In this document: one piece after another, positions 9,801-16,052 of the stretch
Layout of the letters: every line of letters begins with the position of its first letter
Position numbering within the stretch: position 1 is the stretch's first letter
The notes under the pieces: model-generated
Database searches by the model: none
Told to the model about the DNA's origin: nothing
The model's input: the letters and a program-made list of their open reading frames with translations, nothing else
NCBI GenBank assembly: GCA_963662235.1
Contig: OY759308.1
Location: 2,043,545-2,107,544 of the forward strand
DNA from: Desulfobacterales bacterium
GTDB lineage: Bacteria > Desulfobacterota > Desulfobacteria > Desulfobacterales > G963662235
Length of the DNA: 64,000 nt
Direction: 5' to 3'
Position numbers and translations under genes: made by a program

Positions 9801-10081
9801 TTACCAAAAGAGACTACACCACTAAAAAACAGTCTTTGTGGTTTTTTCTTCTTTTTGAGCGTTTTTGAACTGTTTTTTTTACTCGTTTTGTTTTTTTTTA
9901 AAGATTTATCGGAAATGGTTTTATCGTTTTTGGTTACAGAAGAAGTATTAGCAGAAGAATCTGCAGGTAGGGCATCACTTAAACTGATAACTAAAACAAC
10001 AAAACTAAATAAAGTGGAAATAAAAAGTTTATTAAATAGTTGATTTAATTTTATAAAATTTTTTTTGAGGGCACTATGCAT
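1..10081 (-). CDS. Giant secreted repeat protein (adhesin-like); 5' end complete, 3' end runs off the left window edge. N-terminal signal/anchor, beta-sandwich modules, Ser/Thr linker, then >=29 He_PIG / dystroglycan-type cadherin-like Ig repeats
   Basis: Hand translation from ATG at 10081..10079 (MHSALKKNFIKLNQLFNKLFISTLFSFVVLVISLSDA...) stayed open down to ~4970. The same phase still reads ...GTQEVFYSDSTINAFFGEPP at 2..61. It is missing from the ORF track because no stop lies in the window. Unit consensus: PFTIIIYPKLQITGSxDSTGTxxAFYSDxTINAFxGExPYTYFVGxVALNSGLTLNTQTGxISGTPLxxGTITNIxIKAKDVNNAxAET. Confidence 0.85.
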   Translation of the reverse strand, partial: MHSALKKNFIKLNQLFNKLFISTLFSFVVLVISLSDALPADSSANTSSVTKNDKTISDKSLKKNKTSKKNSSKTLKKKKKPQRLFFSGVVSFGKGNLANITIRGIRDGKLLYDTKEDATTMTDKKGGFFLSLPPEYANKPFLIEATFPDGIVDAVSGVKYFLPADFSLRSVVSNIVSGDSVAVTPLTELVVQKLIAMERGFRQKNIEETVTLFSSAFSSDESFNVVSAIPYDPFSPSLKSTKNSNKEYGVLLYAFSDYALNQNDGKQSLSSCIIDFFNTLMKSIERDGKKAIITDFILKQELARSIYRVLNDKRNKSGLNVNNVSLLSDNAKKKEEKNKKNKKEDKKKSKKDDPSSISLKNVTNYNYISAGENLTGIESDVKVVLKAVHKKGLNSGESVQTIWSQVFDDPDDLVELNSEESNNLSCSFIAPKFNSSKRLVFKVSALDNLKRSSFDIVSVEVRKSSLDCPETVEILKEDDEKDILEFKFLKNYPDAASYQYRFSNDKTWQDATSNKINVGNYTRFVEIRVKAKKDKNTNGLISKSSLFLNKPDGPEIVSVDDETNTLVFAPLSKSDSPYFYKYSLDKGNSWKDTGNYTIDAGNIDGTVFLVKRAIRNTNGEGTITESNPFTKAILAPIEIEHNEAGRYLRFAPVDGFKNITLYEKSLDGGVSWSRCNSFKISVPDEFEGNVLIRIKAVKGKNSVGKELVSTSFYDVTKKPETKESTPSASPTSAPQVTEVGAKGGAEDNYIIIPDDNVYSDDVVVVDGLGGTSQDDAITSTDTTATTTSSGNGSSSTSTTTTTALSVSFNPSATAYGYVGYTYSTFNIIATGGTSPYTFSLYSGILPTGLSLDSNGQVAGTLKKQGEFNSIIFKVVDSAGNYKLTSAISIKVYQLSITGSPPLEAYEGDSLSYSGIKATGFATEDSSNSFTYSDKNSTLPKNLVINSTTGIISGTIKEGIAGTSDDIIIKATDQSNRSAELPAYKMTIYAKLKVSGVPADSDNTLTQGAYYSNSSPNFSGGKTPYVFSNKNLPAGLSAGSVFGTPTTYGTVSNIVISITDQNGRTISSAPFTLIIYPKLQITGSPYNRSTVYGFYSDSTIQAFDGESPYAYFVGDVPLPIGLKLDPATGKITGTPSQDGTFTDIKIKAKDVNGAIAETNPFTIIIFPKLQITGSADSTGTVDGFYSDSDGNLQAIGGEGPYTYSMGGGALNSGLTLNTSTGKISGTPRLAGTVTDIVIKVKDVNNATAESIPFTIIIYPKLQITGSVDSTGTEGAFYSDTTIKAFSGELPYRYFVGDVVSLHSGLTLNTQTGDITGTPSQDGTITNIIIKAIDVNRCVAGTTPFTIVIYPKLQITGSVDSTGTKDAFYSDTTISAFFGEPPYTYFVGNVALNSGLTLNTQTGVISGTPLLADTVTNIIIKAKDVNNAKAETTPFTIIIYPKLQITGNADSTGTVNGFYSDSTINAFFGEPPYTYFVGEVALNSGLTLNTQTGVISGTPLKNGTITNIVIKVKDVNNAKAETTPFTIIIYPKLEITGSVDSTGTVGAFYSDSTINAFSGESPYRYFVGEVALNSGLTLNTLTGLISGTPLSAATITNIVIKAIDINRCVEGTTPFTIVIYPKLQITGSVDSTGTVSAFYSDTTINAFFGEPPYTYFMGDIALNSGLTLNTQTGEISGTPLSNGTITNIIIKAKDVNNAIAETIPFTIIIYPKLQITGNADSTGTVNGFYSDSTINAFFGEAPYTYFIEGVALNSGLTLNTQTGDVFGTPLLSGTVTNIIIKVKDVNNAKAETTPFTIIIYPKLEITGSVDSTGTVGAFYSDSTINAFSGESPYRYFVGDVALNSGLTLNTQTGSISGTPLSDGTITNIIIKAIDVNRCVAGTTPFTIIIYPKLQITGSVDSTGTVDAFYSDTTINAFFGEKPYTYFIEGVALNSGLTLNTQTGVISGTPSENSTVTNIIIKVKDVNRATAETTPFTIIIYPKLQITGNADSTGTVNGFYSDSTINAFFGEPPYTYFVGDVALNSGLTLNTQTGVISGTPLLDGTITNIVIKAKDVNNAKAETTPFTIIIYPKLEITGSVDSTGTVSAFYSDSTINAFSGELPYTYFVGDVALNSGLTLNTQTGLISGTPLSEGTITNIVIKAIDVNRCVAGTTPFTIIIYPKLQIIGNIDSTGTVSAFYSDNNIKALFGEPPYTYSMGDVALNSGLTLNTQTGAISGTPLKDSTVTNLIIKAIDVNNAIAESIPFTILIYPKLQITGSVDSTGTVSAFYSDTTINAFFGEPPYTYFVGEVALNSGLTLNTQTGEISGTPLSNSTVTNIIIKAKDVNNAEASTTSFTIVIYPKLQITGNVDSTGTVEAFYSDTTINAFFGEPPYTYFVGDVALNSGLTLNTQTGAISGTPLLEGTVTNIIIKVKDVNRATAGTTPFTIIIYPKLQITGQPDSTGTVSAFYSDTTIKAFFGEAPYTYFVGDIALNSGLTLNTQTGEISGTPLKDSTITNIVIKAKDVNDTIVGTTPFTIIIYPKLEITGDADTTGTVGAFYSDTTINAFFGEPPYTYFVGDVDLNSGLTLNTQTGEISGTPLEDSTITNIVIKAKDVNNAVADTTPFTIIIYPKLEITGNVDSTGTVSAFYSDTTINAFFGEPPYTYFVGEVALNSGLTLNTQTGLISGTPLKNSTVTNIIIKVKDVNRATAKTTPFTIIIYPKLQITGNADSTGTVNGFYSDSTINAFFGEPPYTYFVWGVALNSGLTLNSQTGLISGTPLKDSTVTNIIIKAKDVNNAEAITTPFTIVIYPKLQITGNVDSTGTVSAFYSDSTISAFSGESPYTYFVGEVTLNSGLTLNTQTGVISGTPLSDGTITNITIKAKDVNRCVAETTPFTIIIYPKLQITGNVDSTGTVSAFYSDTTINAFFGEPPYTYFVWGVVLNSGLTLNTQTGLISGTPLKNSTITNIIIKVKDVNNAEAITTPFTIVIYPKLKITGSVDSTGTVSAFYSDTTINAFFGEPPYTYFVGDVDLNSGLTLNTQTGVISGTPLQNSTVTNIIIKAKDVNNAVDGTTPFTIIIYPKLQITGNVDSTGTQEVFYSDSTINAFFGERPYTYFVGEIALNSGLTLNTQTGVISGTPLLDGTITNIIIKVKDVNNAVAGTTPFTIIIYPKIQITGNVDSTGTVDAFYSDDTINAFFGEPPYTYFVGEVALNSGLTLNTQTGLISGTPLLADTVTNIVIKAKDINNAVAGTTPFTIIIYPKLQITGSVDSTGTVSAFYSDTTISAFFGEPPYTYFVGNVALNSGLTLNTQTGVISGTPLEDSTITNIIIKAKDVNNAIATTTPFTIIIYPKLQITGVPDSTGTQEVFYSDSTINAFFGEPP
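3541..6320 (-). repeat. Higher-order 810-bp (three-unit, A-B-C) repeat within the 270-bp array
   Basis: Sub-type markers recur every 810 bp. Type A (tacgcaccta tta) follows anchors 3621/4431/5241/6051. Type B (gtaatttcaagctt.gg...ctgcttttgcatta) is at 3891/4701/5511. Type C (ccattaactgttcctgtactgtcagcatttcct) precedes 4161/4971/5781. Confidence 0.85.
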
Positions 10082-10357
10082 ATTTTTTATACAAATATCT
10101 TTATATAAAATTTAAAAAACCATTCTATGATACAAGAATAGCCTTATTACTTCATTAATTGAAATATGGGATATAATCTAATCTGAAATTCTTTAAAAAA
10201 TCTTCAAAAAAAACGTTCAAAGCTTGATTTTTTACAAACATATATAAAAACAATCAAGTCTTTATATATGTTTTTTTGCGGTTTTTTTGCTTTTTTTTAT
10301 CCTCTTTTTCTTCAAGCTATAAATTATAAATATTTTATCTGCAAAAAAAGTTAACCG

Positions 10358-10374
10358 AGACCTTTGCACATAGC
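10358..10374 (+). mobile_element. Solo terminus of the AGACCTTTGCACATA repeat family (copy A)
   Basis: agacctttgcacatagc, 276 nt upstream of the giant CDS start; followed by a G-rich run at 10381-10400. Confidence 0.6.
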
Positions 10375-10439
10375 ATTAACGAGGTGGGGTGGGGGGGAAG
10401 AATAGTTAATTTAGATTAATTAAAAAAATATAAAAAATA

Positions 10440-11042
10440 TCACTCTATTATTATGGAATCTGTTATAAAAGCTGGTATTTCTTTCTTATTTAACATTTTC
10501 ATAGCTTTGCTACCATTCGCCTCGTCTCTTGTTTTAAAAAAACCTATTTTAACTTTATAATAGTTATCTATATGCTCAATATGGATAGGCTCTCTTATAC
10601 TCGCTACCCTTCTAATTTTTTCGCCATACGCCTCAGCATCGCGCATAGTACCACCTGCTAAAACTTGAATAGAAAAAACTTTTTTCTTTTTACTTGCAGG
10701 CATAGAAGTTTCTTCCTCTTTCGTTTTTATATCTTCTGCTGGATTGTTTTCATCAATTTTTTCTTCATCTTTTTTTTTTTCATCTTTTTTTTCTCTTAAT
10801 CGCTTCCACAAATCTCCGCTGTCTTCAACAAAACTAACACTACTTTGTTTATTTCTAATTTGGTTAATAACATTTTCTGTTGTTGGCTCTATAGAACTTT
10901 TTTTATCGATATGGACACTACTTCTGCCATATAAAAAACCTATGAAGAACATTGCAACAGCCACAATAAAATAGTTTAAAAAAATTTTTGTTCTATTTTT
11001 ATCGTCATCAGTCTTAATCTTTTTTTTTATTATTTTAGCCAT
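10440..11042 (-). CDS. SPOR domain membrane protein
   Basis: N-terminal TM (IFLNYFIVAVAMFFIGFLY), Lys/Glu-rich linker, C-terminal SPOR-like pattern FSIQVLAGG...AEAYGEKIRR...YYKVKIGFFKTRDEANGSKAMKML. Confidence 0.7.
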   Translation of the reverse strand: MAKIIKKKIKTDDDKNRTKIFLNYFIVAVAMFFIGFLYGRSSVHIDKKSSIEPTTENVINQIRNKQSSVSFVEDSGDLWKRLREKKDEKKKDEEKIDENNPAEDIKTKEEETSMPASKKKKVFSIQVLAGGTMRDAEAYGEKIRRVASIREPIHIEHIDNYYKVKIGFFKTRDEANGSKAMKMLNKKEIPAFITDSIIIE

Positions 11043-11054
11043 TTTATAAAAAAC

Positions 11055-12695
11055 CTACATATTTAGAGGAGTAGAAACCTTTAACATATTAAGTCCATTA
11101 CCAACTATAATCTTAACTGCTGATATAAGATACAACCTCGCTAAAGAGAGCTCTTTATCATCAGATATAACTTTGTGTTTATTATAATAAGAATGAAAAG
11201 CAGATGACAACTCTATTAAATAGAATGTTATATGATGAACTTCCATTTTTTCGGCTGAAGTTTTTAAAACTTCAGGATATTCAATCATACATTTTATTAA
11301 ATCGATCTCTTCTTGCTCTTTAAGAAGCTTTGAAAAATTGTCTACCTTTTCAATTTGGAGCTTCAAATTCTCTTCTTCTGCCTTTTTTAAAATATTAGAT
11401 ATCCTTGCATAAACGTATTGCACATAATAAACAGGATTTTCACTATTTTTCTTTTTAGCAAGCTCCATATCAAAATCTATCGTACTCTCATGATGACGAG
11501 ATAAAAACAGAAATCTTGTAGCATCAATACCAACTTCAAGAATTAAATCTTTTAAAGTGATAAAATCCCCTTTTCTTTTAGACATAGATACAGGTTTTTT
11601 ATTTTTAAAAAGATTAACAAGCTGTATAAGCAAAACTTTTAAATTCTCTTTTTTGTTAAAAATACTAACTGCAGCCTTCATTCTATCAATATAACCATGA
11701 TGGTCTGCACCCCAAATATTTATAACCTCTTCAAAACCTCTTTTAAACTTATTCCGATGATATACAATGTCTGAAAAAAAATAGGTTATCTCTCCATTGC
11801 TTCGCTTTATTACCCTATCTTTTTCATCGCCAAACTCTTGAGACTTAAACCAAGTTGCTCCATCTTTTTCATAGATAAGCTTTTTTTTACTAAGCTCTGC
11901 AATAGTATCCAAAGCTTCATTGCTATTAAATAAAGCATCTTCACTAAACCAATTATTAAAATCGACATTTAATAAGTTTAAAGTCTTGCTTATATCTTTT
12001 ATAATTATTGCCATAGATTCTTTAGCAAAAAACTTTACTGCTTCATCTTTATTACCATCAAAAGAGGGAAGCTTTTTTGCTATATCTATTATATAATCGC
12101 CCTTATAACAACCTTCGGGGAAATCTACCTTTTCACCTTCAAGCTCTTTTTTTCTTAAAAAAACTGAAAGACCAAGATTTTCAACTTGCAGACCTCTATC
12201 ATTTAAATAATATTCTTTATAAACATCGAACCCAAGATAATTTAAAAGATTTGATAAAACATCTCCAAAAACAGCTCCTCTACCATGTCCTATATGTAAA
12301 GGTCCTGTAGGATTGGCACTGACAAACTCTATCATTATTTTTTTAGAATTGCCTATGTTCTGTTTGCCATAGTTTTTTTCTTTTATAAGAATCTCTTTTA
12401 AAAAAGATTGGAAGAGTTCTTGCTTTATAAAAAAATTCAAAAAACCTGCGCCTGCTATCTCTATTTTAGAGAAAATATTATGCTTATCTTCAATATCCTC
12501 TTTAAGTATCGTAGCTATCTCTTTAGGATTTTTTTTAAGGAGAGGAGCAAGAACCATAGAAATATTACAGGAAAAATCTCCAAATTTTTTATTTTTGGGT
12601 TTTTCTACACTAAATTTTTTTAAATTCTGTAATATTTCTTTTTTAAAAAGGGAGGCAATAGAGTCATCAACTATTTTAATAATATCATTTTTCAT
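11055..12695 (-). CDS. argS: Arginine--tRNA ligase
   Basis: 546 aa; class-I HIGH motif (SANPTGPLHIGHGRG), MSKRKG, DALR-type C-terminal anticodon-binding region. Confidence 0.95.
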   Translation of the reverse strand: MKNDIIKIVDDSIASLFKKEILQNLKKFSVEKPKNKKFGDFSCNISMVLAPLLKKNPKEIATILKEDIEDKHNIFSKIEIAGAGFLNFFIKQELFQSFLKEILIKEKNYGKQNIGNSKKIMIEFVSANPTGPLHIGHGRGAVFGDVLSNLLNYLGFDVYKEYYLNDRGLQVENLGLSVFLRKKELEGEKVDFPEGCYKGDYIIDIAKKLPSFDGNKDEAVKFFAKESMAIIIKDISKTLNLLNVDFNNWFSEDALFNSNEALDTIAELSKKKLIYEKDGATWFKSQEFGDEKDRVIKRSNGEITYFFSDIVYHRNKFKRGFEEVINIWGADHHGYIDRMKAAVSIFNKKENLKVLLIQLVNLFKNKKPVSMSKRKGDFITLKDLILEVGIDATRFLFLSRHHESTIDFDMELAKKKNSENPVYYVQYVYARISNILKKAEEENLKLQIEKVDNFSKLLKEQEEIDLIKCMIEYPEVLKTSAEKMEVHHITFYLIELSSAFHSYYNKHKVISDDKELSLARLYLISAVKIIVGNGLNMLKVSTPLNM

Positions 12696-12713
12696 TTATA
12701 AACAAATATAGGT

Positions 12714-13154
12714 TTAATCATCGTCGTCGTTTTTGGAACTATTGATAGATAAAATCTTTTTAGGTATATCCGCTGTATCCATTTCATCTTCAAGAAGAAG
12801 AGAATCTTCAATATCATCTATTTTTTCTTCCTCTTCTACAATCTCTTTCTTTATAAAATCTAAATCATCAAGAAACAACTCTTTAGGTTCTTGTTCTTCC
12901 ACTTTACTTTTAACATACTTCATAACATTTTCAGCAATGACTTTAATAAACTCATAAACAGGGAAAAAGTTGTCTGTTCTTATAAACTCGATTAACGAAT
13001 TAATATCTTTTTGTTTTACTAATTTTTTTACCTCTTCAATATCATAAGACTCTCTACATACTAAAGAATAAGATTCTCTTTCAAGTTGTGAATACTCTTC
13101 AAGTAACAACTCTTTTTTATCTTTATTTAATTGAATAATAAACTTTTGCTTCAT
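12714..13154 (-). CDS. Hypothetical acidic protein
   Basis: 146-aa ORF in operon orientation with a strongly acidic C-terminus (..EEEEKIDDIEDSLLLEDEMD..NDDDD); no family recognised. Confidence 0.5.
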   Translation of the reverse strand: MKQKFIIQLNKDKKELLLEEYSQLERESYSLVCRESYDIEEVKKLVKQKDINSLIEFIRTDNFFPVYEFIKVIAENVMKYVKSKVEEQEPKELFLDDLDFIKKEIVEEEEKIDDIEDSLLLEDEMDTADIPKKILSINSSKNDDDD

Positions 13155-13201
13155 AATGAAAAAATTCCTATTTCCTATTAATTAAAAAGTTAACGCTTGT
13201 G

Positions 13202-13232
13202 AGACCTTTGCACATACTGTTTTTTGTGAAAA
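13202..13232 (+). mobile_element. Truncated copy (B) of the repeat family: left terminus plus ~15 bp of internal sequence
   Basis: agacctttgcacatactgttttttgtgaaaaa matches the left end of the full copies; no convincing right terminus. Confidence 0.5.
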
Positions 13233-13245
13233 ACACACAAGACTT

Positions 13246-14040
13246 TTAATATTTTATAACTTCATACTCTTTTTTTAAACTGTTTAGTTTGTCTTTAACA
13301 ACCCCTTCTAACTTCGAATACTTTATCTCTTCTGCAATAGTATCTCTAACTTCATCTAAACTCTTCTTATCCTCTTTCTTATCTTCAAGTTTTATTATGT
13401 GATAACCAAAGTTTGTTTCAACAAGCCCTGCTATTTCACCCACTTTCATCTTAAGAACTGCATCTTCAAACTCTTTTACCATAGAGCCTAAACCGAACCA
13501 ACCAAGTGAGCCACCTTGTTTACCAGATGGGCATATAGATTTTTCTTCAGCAACTTTACTGAATAGACTTTCATCTTTTTTTATTTCATCAAGATATTTT
13601 TCTGCATCTTTTTTTTGCTCTTTTGAGAATAAAATATGACTCGCCTTCATTTGAAGAGTTGGTTTATACTTTTCAAGATAAACATCTTTTATCTCTTTTT
13701 CTGAAACCTTAATATTCTCCTTTATATAATCTACATAAACTGTGACTAAGATATCTTTTTTTAAAAGGTCCATTTTATTTATGAACTCTTCCTTTTTATC
13801 CATACCTTCTTTACTTGCAGCTTTATAAAAGAGTTCTCTCTCTATAAGCTTATTAATTAAAACATCTCTTGAAATATTAGGTCTTCGGTCGTCAGGTATA
13901 GAATCTAAAACATTCTGTAAATAGTCTTCAGTTATTTTAAAATCATCCACCTCTGCCAAAACCTTGCTGTTTGCACGTGAATCAACATTTAAAGCACACA
14001 TAATTAACCCCACAATAAAAAAAACATATATTTTTCTCAT
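13246..14040 (-). CDS. Parvulin-type peptidyl-prolyl cis-trans isomerase (PpiC/PrsA-like), secreted
   Basis: Signal peptide; parvulin core ASHILF...CPSGKQGGSLGWFGLGSMVKEFEDA...ETNFGYHIIKLE. Confidence 0.85.
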   Translation of the reverse strand: MRKIYVFFIVGLIMCALNVDSRANSKVLAEVDDFKITEDYLQNVLDSIPDDRRPNISRDVLINKLIERELFYKAASKEGMDKKEEFINKMDLLKKDILVTVYVDYIKENIKVSEKEIKDVYLEKYKPTLQMKASHILFSKEQKKDAEKYLDEIKKDESLFSKVAEEKSICPSGKQGGSLGWFGLGSMVKEFEDAVLKMKVGEIAGLVETNFGYHIIKLEDKKEDKKSLDEVRDTIAEEIKYSKLEGVVKDKLNSLKKEYEVIKY

Positions 14041-14084
14041 AACGAATTTCCCTTAAATAATTTTTTTTAAAAGAAAAAAATAAG

Positions 14085-14102
14085 AAATCTCTTGCACATA
14101 GC
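14085..14102 (+). repeat. Degenerate terminus-like motif of the repeat family
   Basis: aaatctcttgcacatagc; the 12-nt core cttgcacatagc resembles the termini of copies A and E. Confidence 0.35.
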
Positions 14103-14130
14103 TACATAAAGAACAACATAAAAAAAATCG

Positions 14131-14290
14131 AGACCTTTGCACATAATGTTTTTTATGAAAAAACAGTGTTTTTTCCGTAAAACATTAACCTTTGATAATT
14201 TTACAAAAACCTCTAAAACCCTTATAAAGACTTACACTTTTCTTTGCTTTTGTTTTGGGCTTGACGTATTAATATACTGCTACACCACAA
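14131..14290 (+). mobile_element. Long-form copy (C) of the repeat family; right terminus missing
   Basis: The left terminus agacctttgcacataatg, the shared internal core and the ~75-bp extra module (acttacacttttctttgcttttgttttgggcttgacgtattaatatactgctacaccacaaaa) align with copy I at 37444-37636. Confidence 0.8.
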
Positions 14291-14295
14291 AAATC

Positions 14296-15975
14296 TTACA
14301 AACCGTACTTTTCATTTAAAAGCGTACGCAACATACTTCTGTATGATAGGACATTAGGCTCTAATTGCACAGCTTTTTTTAAACAAATAATAGCCTCTTT
14401 TTTCTTACCAAGACGCAAATAAATAGTAGATAAAATATTATAATAATAAGCGGTGTTGTAAGGTTTTAGTTCAATTAGTTTTTTAAAATAATGTAAAGAG
14501 TTTATATACATTTTTTTGTTAAAATAGATAACTCCAAGGTTGTTAAGAGAGTTTATATGATTAGGATCCATTAAAAGAACATTTTCATAACTTTTAATCG
14601 CTTTTTCAAAATTGTTAATATTATCAAATGCTACCCCTAAGTTATAATGGGCTAAAATATTATTTCTATTCCCTTTAATTGCACTTTTAAAATATTCAAT
14701 AGCCTTATTATACTTTTTATTCCTTAAAAAATAGAAGCCGAGATTGTTATAAACAGTATAAGTCTTAGGATTTACATCTAAAACTCGCCTAAAAAGTATA
14801 AGCTCATTTTGCCAATATTGTACTTGAAAAAAACTTATAACGGTAAAAAAGATAATAATGAAAAAAGATACTATTTTTAAAATTAAATCCTTTTTGTAAA
14901 ATTTTTTAACTACAGCTTCTCCCCCCCAAACTATTAAAACAAAAATACCTATTAATGGGATATAAGAGTATCTATCAGCCATTCCTTGTTCTCCAACCTT
15001 AACAAGACCAATAACAGGCAATAGAGTTCCAATATAAAACGACCAAGACACAAAAAGGCAAGGTGCTTTTTTTATATATTTAATTCCTAAATAAAAAGGC
15101 ATTAAAAAAAATATTGAACACAAAACAAGTTGCAAAATAGAAATGTTTTGAGGAGATAGGTAAAAAACGGTCAAATCGAAGGGAAAGATAGCTTTTTTTA
15201 TATAAAGAAAATAAGATAGAAGTGCATTCTTAAATCTAAATAATAATGAATAATACTTCAAAGAAGCAACAGCTCCAAAGTTTTTTTGTGCAATTATTGT
15301 TATTATAGAAGAGAAAATAGTTAGTAAAAAAAAAGGCAACTTTTCGTATATTAATTTAAAAGATATTTTTCTCTTAAGCGGATAGTAATCAAGTAATAAA
15401 AAAATAAAAGGCATTGTAACCAACATAGATTTGGACATAAGACTCAATATAAATGAGAAAAGCGATATAAAATATCTTTTTAAGCTATTTGTTTTCGCAT
15501 AGTCCAAATAATAGTATATACAAAGAAAACCAAAAAAAGCACTAAGCAGGTCTTTTCTACCAGATATCCACGCTACAGATTCTATATGCATAGGATGAAT
15601 TGCAAAAAGAATTGCTACTAAAAAAGAGTTATAAACAGAACCTGTAAGTTTGCAGAAAAGAAAAAAAAGTAAAAGAGAGTTTAAAATATGAAAGAAAATA
15701 TTTGTTATATGATAGCTATGAACGTTAAGCCCGCTAATTTGATAATCAAAAAGATATAAAAGCCAAGTTACAGGATGCCAATTTGCTGCATAAGTAGATT
15801 TAAAAGCCCAAGAGATTCCTTCTAAAGTAAAACCTTTTTTAATATTTTCTATATTGTCGTGTATATGGGAAAAATCGTCATAAACAAAATTGTAATTATA
15901 AACCTGAAAGTAGATAATAAACGTAAAAGCTACAATTAAAAAACTTAAAACTATTTTCTTATTTTGAATAGACAT
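14296..15975 (-). CDS. Polytopic membrane protein with C-terminal TPR repeats (PMT_2/TMTC-like GT-C glycosyltransferase family)
   Basis: 559 aa; many N-terminal TM helices with an FVYDDFSHIHDN motif near TM1; C-terminal TPR units (YNNLGFYFLRNKKYNKAIEYFKSAI, HYNLGVAFDNINNFEKAIKSYENVL ...). Confidence 0.6.
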   Translation of the reverse strand: MSIQNKKIVLSFLIVAFTFIIYFQVYNYNFVYDDFSHIHDNIENIKKGFTLEGISWAFKSTYAANWHPVTWLLYLFDYQISGLNVHSYHITNIFFHILNSLLLFFLFCKLTGSVYNSFLVAILFAIHPMHIESVAWISGRKDLLSAFFGFLCIYYYLDYAKTNSLKRYFISLFSFILSLMSKSMLVTMPFIFLLLDYYPLKRKISFKLIYEKLPFFLLTIFSSIITIIAQKNFGAVASLKYYSLLFRFKNALLSYFLYIKKAIFPFDLTVFYLSPQNISILQLVLCSIFFLMPFYLGIKYIKKAPCLFVSWSFYIGTLLPVIGLVKVGEQGMADRYSYIPLIGIFVLIVWGGEAVVKKFYKKDLILKIVSFFIIIFFTVISFFQVQYWQNELILFRRVLDVNPKTYTVYNNLGFYFLRNKKYNKAIEYFKSAIKGNRNNILAHYNLGVAFDNINNFEKAIKSYENVLLMDPNHINSLNNLGVIYFNKKMYINSLHYFKKLIELKPYNTAYYYNILSTIYLRLGKKKEAIICLKKAVQLEPNVLSYRSMLRTLLNEKYGL

Positions 15976-16052
15976 AAAATAAATTTATGCTCGTTTTGAC
16001 AGATTAACAATAGAATTAATTCAATAAAAAGTATAAAACATCTTCTTATCTT

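Noticed and set aside
7113-10043. Track ORFs 7113..7349, 7983..8297, 9465..10043 and 9562..9780 (plus strand)
   Set aside because: All lie antisense inside the giant minus-strand CDS. Their low-complexity, Phe/Leu/Ser-rich translations are typical of antisense frames in AT-rich coding DNA.
10236-10273. 13-bp AT-only inverted repeat (AAACATATATAAA..TTTATATATGTTT) followed by a T-run, as a terminator
   Set aside because: The T-run is on the plus strand, where no upstream gene exists. The stem is purely A/T and thermodynamically weak. It may be incidental in AT-rich DNA.
14137-14319. 60-aa track ORF on the plus strand
   Set aside because: It lies entirely within long-form repeat copy C. The equivalent ORF at 37431..37613 is on the opposite strand of the homologous copy, so neither frame is conserved.
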